From a virus, in IMG/VR virus record IMGVR_UViG_3300043409_000785, positions 9,647 to 73,646 of that record: 64,000 bases of DNA, one strand, 5' to 3'. Under the pieces are notes generated by a model. The model had not been told where the DNA came from, did no database searches, and saw nothing but the letters and a program-made list of their open reading frames with translations. The position numbers and the translations under genes were made by a program. Below are positions 1 through 8,109 of the stretch, in pieces (position 1 is the stretch's first letter; every line of letters starts with the position of its first letter).

Positions 1-3
1 ATC

Positions 4-43
4 AAATACTGGAATCTCCGAAAGGTGGTTCCAGTATTTTTTT
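4..43 (+). terminator. Hairpin with T-tract, probable intrinsic terminator
   Basis: aaatactggaa...ttccagtattt inverted repeat followed by a T-run. Confidence 0.6.
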
Positions 44-120
44 GGTTCCTACATATATATGGCAGATTTTTTGAGAAAAACTTCAATGAATTCAACAACT
101 TAGCTGCTGCGAAAGGACGT

Positions 121-158
121 AAAAAAACCTACTCCCCTGCAAGGAAATAGGTTTTTTT
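121..158. terminator. Hairpin with A-tract and T-tract, possible bidirectional terminator
   Basis: aaaaaaaccta...taggttttttt inverted repeat. Confidence 0.5.
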
Positions 159-202
159 ACTAACTATGGTATGCTGTAGGTTCCTCAACGAAAGCAACCA
201 AT

Positions 203-607
203 ATGGGTATTCTACTAGCAGCTTACGACTCAAGCAAAACTGAAGTCACGTTCGGCAAAAAAAGATTCAACGTGCCCTTCTACTCACCACTACAAACAAG
301 GAACAAGTGCATGACTGACGCAAGAAAAGTCCTACAGACGCTTACCAAAACAGAGTCTTGGTTCTTTTGGGAAATGGATATATCCAAGGATACGGAAACA
401 AATGAAGTAATGTTTTCTAGGAGTAATTGCCCAGAAGAGAATAAAACCACCTACCCAACTATTATTAAAAATCTGGTTGACAAAGGTATGATTTTGCGAA
501 TCAAGCAAAACCATTACCTGATAAACCCCAACGTGACGATGCCCAAGTTTGATTCGTATGCCAAAGTGTTGGCCAAATGGCATAGCTTAGGTGGCTTGCC
601 GCTGTAG
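203..607 (+). CDS. Hypothetical protein, possible winged-helix (RepL-like) DNA-binding protein
   Basis: 134-aa ORF; IKNLVDKGMILRIKQNHYLINP resembles a wHTH wing with a YxxNP motif. Confidence 0.55.
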   Translation: MGILLAAYDSSKTEVTFGKKRFNVPFYSPLQTRNKCMTDARKVLQTLTKTESWFFWEMDISKDTETNEVMFSRSNCPEENKTTYPTIIKNLVDKGMILRIKQNHYLINPNVTMPKFDSYAKVLAKWHSLGGLPL

Positions 608-652
608 TGGCATAGCTATTCTTTCTTTGGTTCTAAAAACTAGGAGTGACTT

Positions 653-985
653 ATAACAAATGATCGTATTAAAGAATTGGCACTGGCCAATGGATTCAAG
701 CTTGTAAATCAAGGCATGGCAGGTATTGACCTGGAGCCTCCTGTTTATGCCTTTGCAAATGCTTTGCTTGCAGAGCACAAAAGCTGGCAACCACTGACAA
801 GCAAAATGCTTGAGCAGTTTGAGCTGGAAGGCTCTGGTGAGTGCTTCCTTATTGATGATGATGATGGATTCAAACTGGTAGGTGTCTATGAGTGGCGTCA
901 AGGCAGGAACCCACATGGATTTTCTGACAGTGATGGTCGATGGTATTCAGCAAGCGACTTCACCAAGATCATGATCAATCCTTGA
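653..985 (+). CDS. Hypothetical phage protein; start probably ATA 653 (track calls TTG 677)
   Basis: AGGAG at 642-646, then in-frame ATA; IKELALANGFKL segment resembles other phage proteins I recall. Confidence 0.65.
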   Translation: MTNDRIKELALANGFKLVNQGMAGIDLEPPVYAFANALLAEHKSWQPLTSKMLEQFELEGSGECFLIDDDDGFKLVGVYEWRQGRNPHGFSDSDGRWYSASDFTKIMINP

Positions 986-1056
986 TTTCTTTACTTGGTT
1001 CACTAATCTTTTCTTGGGTTGGTAAACCCATTCAACAATTTTTAGGAGCATCCCTC

Positions 1057-1470
1057 ATGGGCCTCGATCAGTACGCCTACCGCATCAAAGCTGGCATTCT
1101 CAACGATAACGATCAAATTGATCTGTGTAGCAATCTTTTCCATGATGGAAACCCACTGCCAGGGGTTGACACAAAATTTGCCTACTGGCGCAAGTTCAAC
1201 GCCTTGCACGGCTGGATGGAACAGCTCTACCGTAGCAAGGGTGGCACCAAAGAATTCAACTGCACCACAGTACGTTTGATACCAGATGACATTGCTCGCC
1301 TAGAGTCGATGGCTTTGGCTAAAGCTCTAGTACCTGTAGCTGGATTCTTCTTTGGAGATAGCGAGTCTCCCTTCAGCGATGAAGACAAGGATGAAGTGCT
1401 TGAGTTTGTTTCAAAAGCCAAAGAAGCTCTGGCTTCTGGTGATGCTGTTGCGTATGACAGCTGGTGGTAG
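1057..1470 (+). CDS. Conserved hypothetical phage protein (MGLD...YWRK.N..H.W type)
   Basis: AGGAG RBS before ATG 1057; recognisable MGLDQY and YWRKFNALHGW motifs. Confidence 0.8.
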   Translation: MGLDQYAYRIKAGILNDNDQIDLCSNLFHDGNPLPGVDTKFAYWRKFNALHGWMEQLYRSKGGTKEFNCTTVRLIPDDIARLESMALAKALVPVAGFFFGDSESPFSDEDKDEVLEFVSKAKEALASGDAVAYDSWW

Positions 1471-1503
1471 GCTCAGCCTTTCTTGGGTTGAGTAAACTAT
1501 AAA

Positions 1504-1781
1504 GCCTGCCTGAAATGGCAGGCCCATCATTGAATGACATTGAGTAGGTTGCCACAACAACCTAACTACTTGTGGGTATGCCGGAGCTGAGGCTGCGGTC
1601 AGTGTTATTCAATGATGGTGAATGTGGGATGCTGACCCACAACGAGTGTCGGTAAATCCCCATCCGATTCGATAGGATATGACTCAAGGTGTGTGAAATA
1701 GCGGGTTGTCTCAGGACAGCAATAGGCTTTCACTGCAAACGTAAGGACACCATGCAAGGATCAGCTCTCGCCACCATCACC
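1504..1781 (+). ncRNA. Putative structured ncRNA, cassette A
   Basis: No long ORF; hairpin 1504-1523; 20-bp stem 1524-1543/1599-1618 with two G-U pairs; further hairpins downstream. Confidence 0.55.
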
Positions 1782-1807
1782 TATTGTTAATAACTAAGGA
1801 ACCAAAG

Positions 1808-2080
1808 ATGAACCGAGAAAAGAATGAGCAGTCTGTGATGATGTCTGCTTTTGCTCTGTGCCCAACTGAGCAAAGTCATCCTCAAAAAATGAAGTGGATC
1901 GGTGACTACTTTCTCAAGCACTACGTCCCGTGGGTGCCCAAGTACGCTCAGCTTTCCCAAGAGGAATGTGATCGTCTGCAGTACGATCAAGGTGGTTGGA
2001 CACGTAAGTTCCGTGAGGCTCACAAGCTAGGCTGGGATGCAGCAAGGAAAGCTCATGAAACTGATCTGCCCAAACTGTGA
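1808..2080 (+). CDS. Hypothetical protein
   Basis: ORF with AAGGA RBS before ATG 1808. Confidence 0.6.
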   Translation: MNREKNEQSVMMSAFALCPTEQSHPQKMKWIGDYFLKHYVPWVPKYAQLSQEECDRLQYDQGGWTRKFREAHKLGWDAARKAHETDLPKL

Positions 2081-2252
2081 GACAGAAGGTAGCCTGTCTG
2101 TGATAGAAACCAGACAGTCTGCCAAGCTCATCTACCGTACAAGGAGATGTGAATCCTGTAAGTGGAAGTTCACTACCCACGAAACTTTTGCTGAAGATGA
2201 GACTATCCCCAACAATATCCGTAGAAATTACAGCAAAGAGTTGGAAAGCTAG
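2055..2252 (+). CDS. NrdR-like N-terminal zinc-ribbon protein
   Basis: CPNC...VIETR...RRCESC..KFTTHE matches the NrdR zinc-ribbon pattern. Confidence 0.75.
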   Translation: MKLICPNCETEGSLSVIETRQSAKLIYRTRRCESCKWKFTTHETFAEDETIPNNIRRNYSKELES

Positions 2253-2299
2253 TGTAGAATTAAGTTAGTGGTAGCCCAGAGATGGGGCTATCCTAGAAG

Positions 2300-2377
2300 C
2301 AGGTTGTAACTCAGTTGGTAGAGTAGAGTCCACCGAACACCGATCTTTTGTCGCTGGTTCGAGTCCAGCCAGCCTGC
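2300..2377 (+). tRNA. tRNA-like element with an aberrant anticodon arm, inside a 19-bp extended stem (cassette D)
   Basis: D-arm actcagttggtagagt and T-arm gctggttcgagtccagc are canonical; anticodon loop about 11 nt; no CCA. Confidence 0.55.
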
Positions 2378-2388
2378 TTCTAGGATAG

Positions 2389-2463
2389 TGTGATGTAGCT
2401 CAGTGGTAGAGCAGAGAACTCATAATTCTTTGGTCCTTGGTTCAAATCCAAGCTTCACAACCA
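2389..2463 (+). tRNA. tRNA with CAT anticodon (Met or Ile2)
   Basis: Cloverleaf; gagaa-ctCATaa-ttctt; TTCAAAT T-loop; encoded CCA. Confidence 0.85.
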
Positions 2464-2570
2464 GTATGCGGTGCGGTTCATGGTGTTGCTTGTAAAGCTG
2501 CATCTCGTGGGTGTTAAAACCATGAACCAAATAGCCCATAGCCTAGGGGCTTTATAAATTAGGTTGACTT

Positions 2571-2860
2571 TGCTGGTGGGAAAGAAACCAGCACTATCAA
2601 GAGAGTAGATCAGAGTGGCAGGTTAACTGCAACCTTGTCAAACAATTGCCAAGTGAAGACGTAATAGCTTGGCATGGATTTGGTGTTCAACAGGAGCATG
2701 GACTAGCTATCCTACGCAAAGGTTGAACCACAGCAGCAAATCGCTGGATAGTATTGATCTACTCCCTTGATGGTGTAACGTAATTTGCGTACTAGCTCCG
2801 AAGTACAAGGAATCAAGCTAGGGTGCTTGAGGCTCAAAAGGCATGATCGGCCCCATCAAC
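2571..2860 (+). ncRNA. Putative structured ncRNA, cassette B
   Basis: Hairpin 2571-2593; 21-bp stem 2592-2612/2755-2775 enclosing several hairpins. Confidence 0.55.
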
Positions 2861-2874
2861 TACCAATGGCGCTT

Positions 2875-3054
2875 TGCTGGTTTAGCGTCGATACAAATCA
2901 AACCAGTACCATCAAGTAAGAATCAAGGAGTCCGTTAATCACGGAAACAGGAGCAATGACTTAGTATCTTCTTCCTTGGTTCTTTCTTGATGGTTAAGCA
3001 TATACGGGCTTCATGCTCTGTATGTCGGGTTGGGAGTTCCTAGCCGCCATCAAC
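2875..3054 (+). ncRNA. Putative structured ncRNA, cassette C
   Basis: Hairpin 2875-2908; 22-bp stem 2908-2929/2973-2994. Confidence 0.55.
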
Positions 3055-3061
3055 TTTTAAT

Positions 3062-3137
3062 GCGGGCTTGGCCGAATCAGGTTAGGCGGTAGCTGTTATG
3101 GTTACAGATGTGAGTTCAAATCTCATAGCCCGCTTCA
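3062..3137 (+). tRNA. Atypical tRNA with nominal TTA anticodon on a Gly-like body (suppressor-like or pseudo)
   Basis: Acceptor gcgggct/agcccgc; gtagc-tgTTAtg-gttac; T-arm present; 3' end is TCA. Confidence 0.6.
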
Positions 3138-3144
3138 ATTTCAA

Positions 3145-3219
3145 GGGTGTATATTTTAATTGGCAAAATGCTGATCTCCAAAATCAGTGATGGGAGTTTG
3201 AGTCTCGCTACACCCGCCA
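3145..3219 (+). tRNA. tRNA-Trp(CCA)
   Basis: ctgat-ctCCAaa-atcag; acceptor gggtgta/tacaccc; CCA end; T-arm somewhat degenerate. Confidence 0.75.
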
Positions 3220-3226
3220 AGTATTT

Positions 3227-3302
3227 GCTGGTTTAGTTCAATTGGTAGAACGCCTGATTTGTATTCAGGATGTTGAGGGTTCGAGTCCTTTGACCAGCAC
3301 CA
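3227..3302 (+). tRNA. tRNA-Thr(TGT)
   Basis: cctga-ttTGTat-tcagg; canonical D and T arms; CCA end. Confidence 0.9.
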
Positions 3303-3310
3303 AGTTTATT

Positions 3311-3401
3311 GCGTCGTTAGCTTAATGGATAAAGCAGCAGCCTTCTAAGCTGTAAGTCAACGAAGACATTAATGTAGGTTCGAGTCCTACACGGTGCACC
3401 A
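3311..3401 (+). tRNA. tRNA-Arg(TCT) with a long variable region
   Basis: gcagc-ctTCTaa-gctgt; variable region about 20 nt; CCA end. Confidence 0.8.
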
Positions 3402-3477
3402 GAACTCTCCAGTGAGGGCTAAGGCCACGGCAGTAAGGCTACCATTTGAATGAGTATGGAAAATCTGTCCCAGTTTT

Positions 3478-3551
3478 GCAGGCTTGGCCGAATGGTTAGG
3501 TTCTGGATTTCCAATCCAGCTATGTGAGTTCAATTCTCACAGTCTGCTCCA
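3478..3551 (+). tRNA. tRNA-Gly(TCC)
   Basis: ctgga-ttTCCaa-tccag; CCA end. Confidence 0.85.
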
Positions 3552-3572
3552 TTATGCTTTGCAGCAGCCTTT

Positions 3573-3611
3573 AACCCCGTATGTTCCTCTGGAGCTGCGG
3601 GGTTCTTTTTT
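3573..3611 (+). terminator. Intrinsic terminator ending the tRNA cluster
   Basis: aaccccgta...tgcggggtt followed by a T-run. Confidence 0.7.
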
Positions 3612-3861
3612 GAATCAAACAAAATAGGATAGCTTATATCTAAACGAGAATTCTTTGGTGAGTATTATTACCTCTGGGCAATTCAGCAATATGAAGCAGC
3701 CAGGGTATTTCTCAAAAACTGTGGCCGTCCACAAAACGACCACGATAGATTTCTGATTTCAGAAGCAAAGTGGTCTGCTTCATTTTTCAAACAAATATTG
3801 AACTAGGCTAACAAGCCTGTTCTTCTTTTCTTGGTTCAACAACCCTTTAACAAAACAAATC

Positions 3862-4905
3862 ATGGCTGAAAATAATCTTTATCGCTGTACGCCCCGACAG
3901 GCTAAACGTTTCGTCATTGAAATACTGGAAGCAGGTCTGGTTCCGTATATTCAATCTAGCCCCGGCATGGGTAAAAGCAGCATCGTTCGGGAAATTTCCG
4001 ATGAAGCCCATACCTTTCTTTTGGATGAGCGCCTGAGTACACGGGAACCCGTGGACATGTCGGGTTTTGCCATGGCTAACAAAGAGCGCACTCGTGCAAG
4101 CTACATTCCTTTGGAAGACTTTGTGCCCTTGGAAAATGAACCTATTCCCGATGGTTATGATGGTTGGTTGCTTTTTCTTGACGAGTTTAATGCTGCTCCT
4201 AGAACGGTACAGGCAGCGGCTTATAAGCTCATCCTGGATCGAATGATTGGACGGCACAAAATTCACCCCAACGTGGCTATAGTAGCTGCGGGTAATCTCG
4301 CCACTGATCGAGCGATTACCAACCCCATTTCCACGGCTATGCAAAGTCGCTTGGTGCATCTGGAGATGGAACTGAATTTCGATGAGTGGTTGTTCGATGT
4401 GGCAATTCCGCAAAACTACGACAGCCGCATCGTTGCTTACCTGAACCAGTACCCTAGCAAACTGATGGACTTTCGCCCAGACCATACGGAGAAGACATTC
4501 GCTTGTCCGAGGACGTGGGAGTTCCTGAACAAGCTCATCACTGGCAAGGAAGTCACTGAAGACCGAGCTGCCATGTATGCTGGAACGATTACCTCCGGTG
4601 TGGCTGTGGACTTCATCCAGTTCACCAAGGTGTTCCACAACATGGTGTCCATCAAGGACATCCTGGCCAATCCCAAAACCTGCCATGTGCCACAAGACAA
4701 CTCCACTCGCTGGGCCGTCATCACGCACATGATGGAGAAGATGACGGCTGACAACTGGGGAGCCTTGATGGATTACTCCAGTCGCTTCAGTAGTGACCAT
4801 CGAATTCTGTTTTTCCGGGCCTCTCTTAACAGGATGCCTGCATTGAGGCAGCACCCTGCTTTCATCCAACATGCCCCTGAACTGGGTCGTTATTTACTCA
4901 GCTAA
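3862..4905 (+). CDS. MoxR-like AAA+ ATPase (N4 gp24-like)
   Basis: Walker A SSPGMGKS, Walker B LFLDEFN, AAGN sensor, CPRTW motif. Confidence 0.9.
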   Translation: MAENNLYRCTPRQAKRFVIEILEAGLVPYIQSSPGMGKSSIVREISDEAHTFLLDERLSTREPVDMSGFAMANKERTRASYIPLEDFVPLENEPIPDGYDGWLLFLDEFNAAPRTVQAAAYKLILDRMIGRHKIHPNVAIVAAGNLATDRAITNPISTAMQSRLVHLEMELNFDEWLFDVAIPQNYDSRIVAYLNQYPSKLMDFRPDHTEKTFACPRTWEFLNKLITGKEVTEDRAAMYAGTITSGVAVDFIQFTKVFHNMVSIKDILANPKTCHVPQDNSTRWAVITHMMEKMTADNWGALMDYSSRFSSDHRILFFRASLNRMPALRQHPAFIQHAPELGRYLLS

Positions 4906-4927
4906 ACCAAAGAAAGAAGAAACTGAA

Positions 4928-5023
4928 ATGCCAAAGAACTATATCGGTTTTGTGAACGACAACTCAGGCTCAATGTCCTCCCTGGCTGCTAAAGCCAACA
5001 AAGAACTTTTGACTGGGCAGTAA
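4928..5023 (+). pseudogene. Truncated vWA-domain gene remnant (31 aa)
   Basis: MPKNYIGFVNDNSGSM has a MIDAS-type DxSxS motif but stops after 31 codons. Confidence 0.5.
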
Positions 5024-5271
5024 TGCTGGTTTGCACCTACAGCATTCGGGATGAAAGTCCTAAAGTGAACTGCCAGATCCAAGGTAAAAGGAACTGGCTT
5101 GTTGAACTCTACATCACTGATGGCATCGAACGCATCACCAAGACACTTCGCAACAAGGATAGGGCTTACCTGCCTGAGTTGCTGAGCACTTCTTTAAACG
5201 AATTAACCAGTATGTGGCCTGAGCTGGATCAGGTTACTGATGCCGGTTTCACTGTCAAACTTTTGAGGTAA
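5023..5271 (+). CDS. Hypothetical protein
   Basis: TAATG overlap with the upstream ORF. Confidence 0.65.
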   Translation: MLVCTYSIRDESPKVNCQIQGKRNWLVELYITDGIERITKTLRNKDRAYLPELLSTSLNELTSMWPELDQVTDAGFTVKLLR

Positions 5272-5276
5272 ACGGA

Positions 5277-5471
5277 ATGGAATTACAAGAGTTGAGCCAA
5301 GACAAGAATCTCACCGCTGCCCAATTGCGGGTGAAATACAAATACTACTGTGATGGTGAACATCACACTTTCACCAAAGCAGATTGGCGCGATTGTGTCT
5401 TGGAACATAAGACACTCTTAGGCTACTGGGACTGGGTGGGAACTTCCATCCATGCCGCACTGAAAGGCTAA
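5277..5471 (+). CDS. Hypothetical protein
   Basis: GAGG RBS; tightly packed; GYWDWV motif. Confidence 0.7.
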   Translation: MELQELSQDKNLTAAQLRVKYKYYCDGEHHTFTKADWRDCVLEHKTLLGYWDWVGTSIHAALKG

Positions 5472-5473
5472 TC

Positions 5474-6598
5474 ATGCAACACGACAGCTACCAGCTACAG
5501 CGCATGTTGGATCAAACCAAGAGCAGTGTCTTTCTTGGCAAGAGTGCTGCTTTCCTTGGTTCAATCTCATCCAACTTAGAGTTTATCTGGGATAACTCTA
5601 TTCCAACAGCAGGCACTGACGGTACCAAACTGTGGTGGAACCCAGACTACTTTCTAGGTCTTCCCCCAAAGTCTCGTAATACGGACTACATGCACGAGTT
5701 ATGGCATGTTGCTTTGCTTCACGGTGTCCGCAGAGACACCCGGGATCCTAAGCAGTGGAACATAGCTTGTGATGTGAAGATAGATCTCATGCTAGAAGAT
5801 GAAGGCTATAGCTTTGATGGCATCAAAGGTGTGCTGACATTCCCAGACCTCAATGCTAGGCAGTATGCTGGATGGGTGGAAGAAGACATTTATGACGATC
5901 TTGTTAAGAACAACTTCCAACCACCACCTAAGTATGAATGCGATATGGTTCCTGGAGGGCCTGGGGACAAACATGCTGTGATCAACAGTGTTGTCAGAGC
6001 TGTGCATCAAGCCAAGCTGGCTAACGCTGCTGGGAGCATTCCTGGCGGCATCGAGGAAATGCTCAACAACTTTCTCTCGCCTGTCGTGCCTTGGGAAACC
6101 CTGCTAAGACGCTGGTTTACCGATATGCTGGACGAGGACTACACCTGGAAGCGGCCTAACCGTCGCTACTCAGACATGTATCTACCGTCTCGTTTTTTGG
6201 ATGATGGCCGCTTGAAGCACTTGGTTTACTACCAGGACGTTTCAGGCTCTGTTTCCAATGCAAATGTACATCGCTTCAACTCGGAGCTGAGTTTTGTCTG
6301 GAAAGAATTCAAACCTCAGAAAATGACCGTGGTGCAGTTCGACACCAAGATCCAAAAGATTGATGAGTTCAAGGAAGGTGATACCTTCAATGAAATCAAG
6401 ATCGTAGGTAGAGGCGGTACGGATTTGCGTTGTGTTCGTGAGCACATCATGGAAACCAAGCCCACTGCTGCCATCATATTCAGTGATCTGGAATGCCCAC
6501 CAATGCGCAAGCTGGACTTTGATATTCCAGTGATCTGGGTTGTCGTTGGGAACAAAGAGGCTGGGGTTAACTTTGGCCATAAGATTCATATAACTTGA
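5474..6598 (+). CDS. Metallopeptidase-like plus vWA domain protein (N4 gp25-like)
   Basis: TAGTDG, HELWH zincin motif, DVSGS MIDAS motif, GRGGTD. Confidence 0.9.
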   Translation: MQHDSYQLQRMLDQTKSSVFLGKSAAFLGSISSNLEFIWDNSIPTAGTDGTKLWWNPDYFLGLPPKSRNTDYMHELWHVALLHGVRRDTRDPKQWNIACDVKIDLMLEDEGYSFDGIKGVLTFPDLNARQYAGWVEEDIYDDLVKNNFQPPPKYECDMVPGGPGDKHAVINSVVRAVHQAKLANAAGSIPGGIEEMLNNFLSPVVPWETLLRRWFTDMLDEDYTWKRPNRRYSDMYLPSRFLDDGRLKHLVYYQDVSGSVSNANVHRFNSELSFVWKEFKPQKMTVVQFDTKIQKIDEFKEGDTFNEIKIVGRGGTDLRCVREHIMETKPTAAIIFSDLECPPMRKLDFDIPVIWVVVGNKEAGVNFGHKIHIT

Positions 6599-6613
6599 AC
6601 CAAGGAAATAAAT

Positions 6614-6748
6614 ATGAAGACCTATATAGTCTATGGCGGCACCGGCAAAGAAGTTGGGTATATCAAAGCCGGTAGCCACAATGCTGCCGAGAAGAAAGCC
6701 CAGAAGAAATATGGCCCAAAAGCCTCCGTGGCCTACACTGAGCTTTGA
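6614..6748 (+). CDS. Small hypothetical protein (44 aa, MKTYIVYGG...)
   Basis: AAGGA RBS; below the ORF-track cutoff; translated by hand. Confidence 0.6.
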   Translation: MKTYIVYGGTGKEVGYIKAGSHNAAEKKAQKKYGPKASVAYTEL

Positions 6749-6761
6749 ACCAAGGAAAGAA

Positions 6762-6998
6762 ATGACTCTGCTTAACTACCCAAGCGAGGAAGTCCTGCAA
6801 TTCGGTGTGCGAGTCTCTGATGCTCTGCTTGACTGTTGCATTAGAAAAACCATGGAAGGCTTGGGTGGTTGTAAACCATACAAGCTTGAGGACTTTGATG
6901 AAGACCTCAGACCGTATATCGAAGCGTACATCGTAGGCAATAACAACAGCAGTATTGCTGTTACCTACGCAGCAATGCGAACCAAGGAAAAAGAATGA
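6762..6998 (+). CDS. Hypothetical protein
   Basis: AAGGA RBS before ATG 6762. Confidence 0.65.
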   Translation: MTLLNYPSEEVLQFGVRVSDALLDCCIRKTMEGLGGCKPYKLEDFDEDLRPYIEAYIVGNNNSSIAVTYAAMRTKEKE

Positions 6999-7270
6999 AA
7001 ATTGTTATCAACAAATGCTACGGAGGCTTTGGCCTCTCAGTTGCAGCAGAAGAACTCTACAAAGCCAAATCTGGCAAAGACAAGTTCTATGACTTTGAAC
7101 TTGAGCGGGATGATCCTAATCTTGTTGCTGTGGTGGAAGAACTTGGCAATGCTGCCAATGATCGTGCTGCAGACCTTAAGGTTGTTGATGTCCCTGATGG
7201 TGTGCATTGGGAAATCAAGGAATACGATGGGCTGGAGCACATTGCTGAAATTCACCGTACTTGGGGTTAA
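6995..7270 (+). CDS. Conserved hypothetical phage protein
   Basis: KIVINKCYGGFGLS...RDDPNLVAVVEELG...EYDGLE pattern. Confidence 0.8.
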   Translation: MKIVINKCYGGFGLSVAAEELYKAKSGKDKFYDFELERDDPNLVAVVEELGNAANDRAADLKVVDVPDGVHWEIKEYDGLEHIAEIHRTWG

Positions 7271-7272
7271 GC

Positions 7273-7776
7273 ATGATAATCAATGGTAAATCTTTGCTTT
7301 TCCAAGCACCCATCAAGAACATGCTGACTGAGAAGCAGACAGCTCATGGGGTAACCCATGGGTTAACCGAATGCGGAGTAGATATTCGCATTAAACAAAG
7401 CATAGTTTTTAGCCAAGCAGGTGGCAAACGGGTAGTTTACTTTACCGATGAATCAAACGTACCTGAGTTTAGTGAAGGACGGTTCTGTCTTGCTTCTTCC
7501 ATTGAAGAATTTCAAATGCCCAACAACCTCATGGCTGTTGTGCATGACAAGTCTTCTTGGGCACGACAAGGTTTGTCAGTGTTCAATTCCTGTATCGAAC
7601 CAGGATGGAATGGTTTTTTAACCATCGAGCTGGTTTACCACGGGAATGGTGAGTTGATTATTCCAGCTGGTTCAGGCATTGCCCAAGTTATCTTCCATGA
7701 TTTGACTGAGCCTGCAAAATATACCGGCAAGTATCAAGGACAAGCTGATCGGCCTGTGGCTGCTATTTTGGTTTAG
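7273..7776 (+). CDS. dcd: dCTP deaminase
   Basis: HDKSSWARQG, IEPGWNGFLTIEL, GIAQ and KYQGQ motifs; N4 gp26 position. Confidence 0.9.
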   Translation: MIINGKSLLFQAPIKNMLTEKQTAHGVTHGLTECGVDIRIKQSIVFSQAGGKRVVYFTDESNVPEFSEGRFCLASSIEEFQMPNNLMAVVHDKSSWARQGLSVFNSCIEPGWNGFLTIELVYHGNGELIIPAGSGIAQVIFHDLTEPAKYTGKYQGQADRPVAAILV

Positions 7777-7834
7777 TTTGCTTTGTTTGGGGTTGATGCG
7801 CTTTTGCACAGCCCTGAACCAAGGAATAAATAAT

Positions 7835-8101
7835 ATGACAACAATCAAACAAGTAGCTAAAGCTTTTGCTTCAGGTAATAAGGCTAAATGTTACAACGCT
7901 GAGACTGATGGTAAAAGCTATTGGCTGCATGGCAACAGGATTGCCTATAAGAAAGACGATTACGTAACTGCAGACTGGTGCGGTTATCACACCGCAACTA
8001 CAGCCAACCACTTGAACAAGATCGCCAGAGCCATTGGCAGTCAAAAGCGTATCGGTTATGCAACTGCCCGGCTTGTTGATGAGAAAACATTCCAATTCTA
8101 A
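7835..8101 (+). CDS. Hypothetical protein
   Basis: AAGGA RBS; YWLHGNRIA...TTANHLN motif. Confidence 0.7.
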   Translation: MTTIKQVAKAFASGNKAKCYNAETDGKSYWLHGNRIAYKKDDYVTADWCGYHTATTANHLNKIARAIGSQKRIGYATARLVDEKTFQF

Positions 8102-8109
8102 GATCAATC

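Noticed and set aside
1-200. N4 vRNAP hairpin promoters
   Set aside because: The hairpins have long loops and T-tracts like terminators, not the short stem and GNA triloop of vRNAP promoters.
3402-3477. Additional tRNA between Arg and Gly
   Set aside because: It has a CCA near the end and short hairpins but no D or T consensus or cloverleaf.
6633-6998. 121-aa ORF as given in the track
   Set aside because: Better explained by two RBS-supported ORFs, 6614-6748 and 6762-6998.
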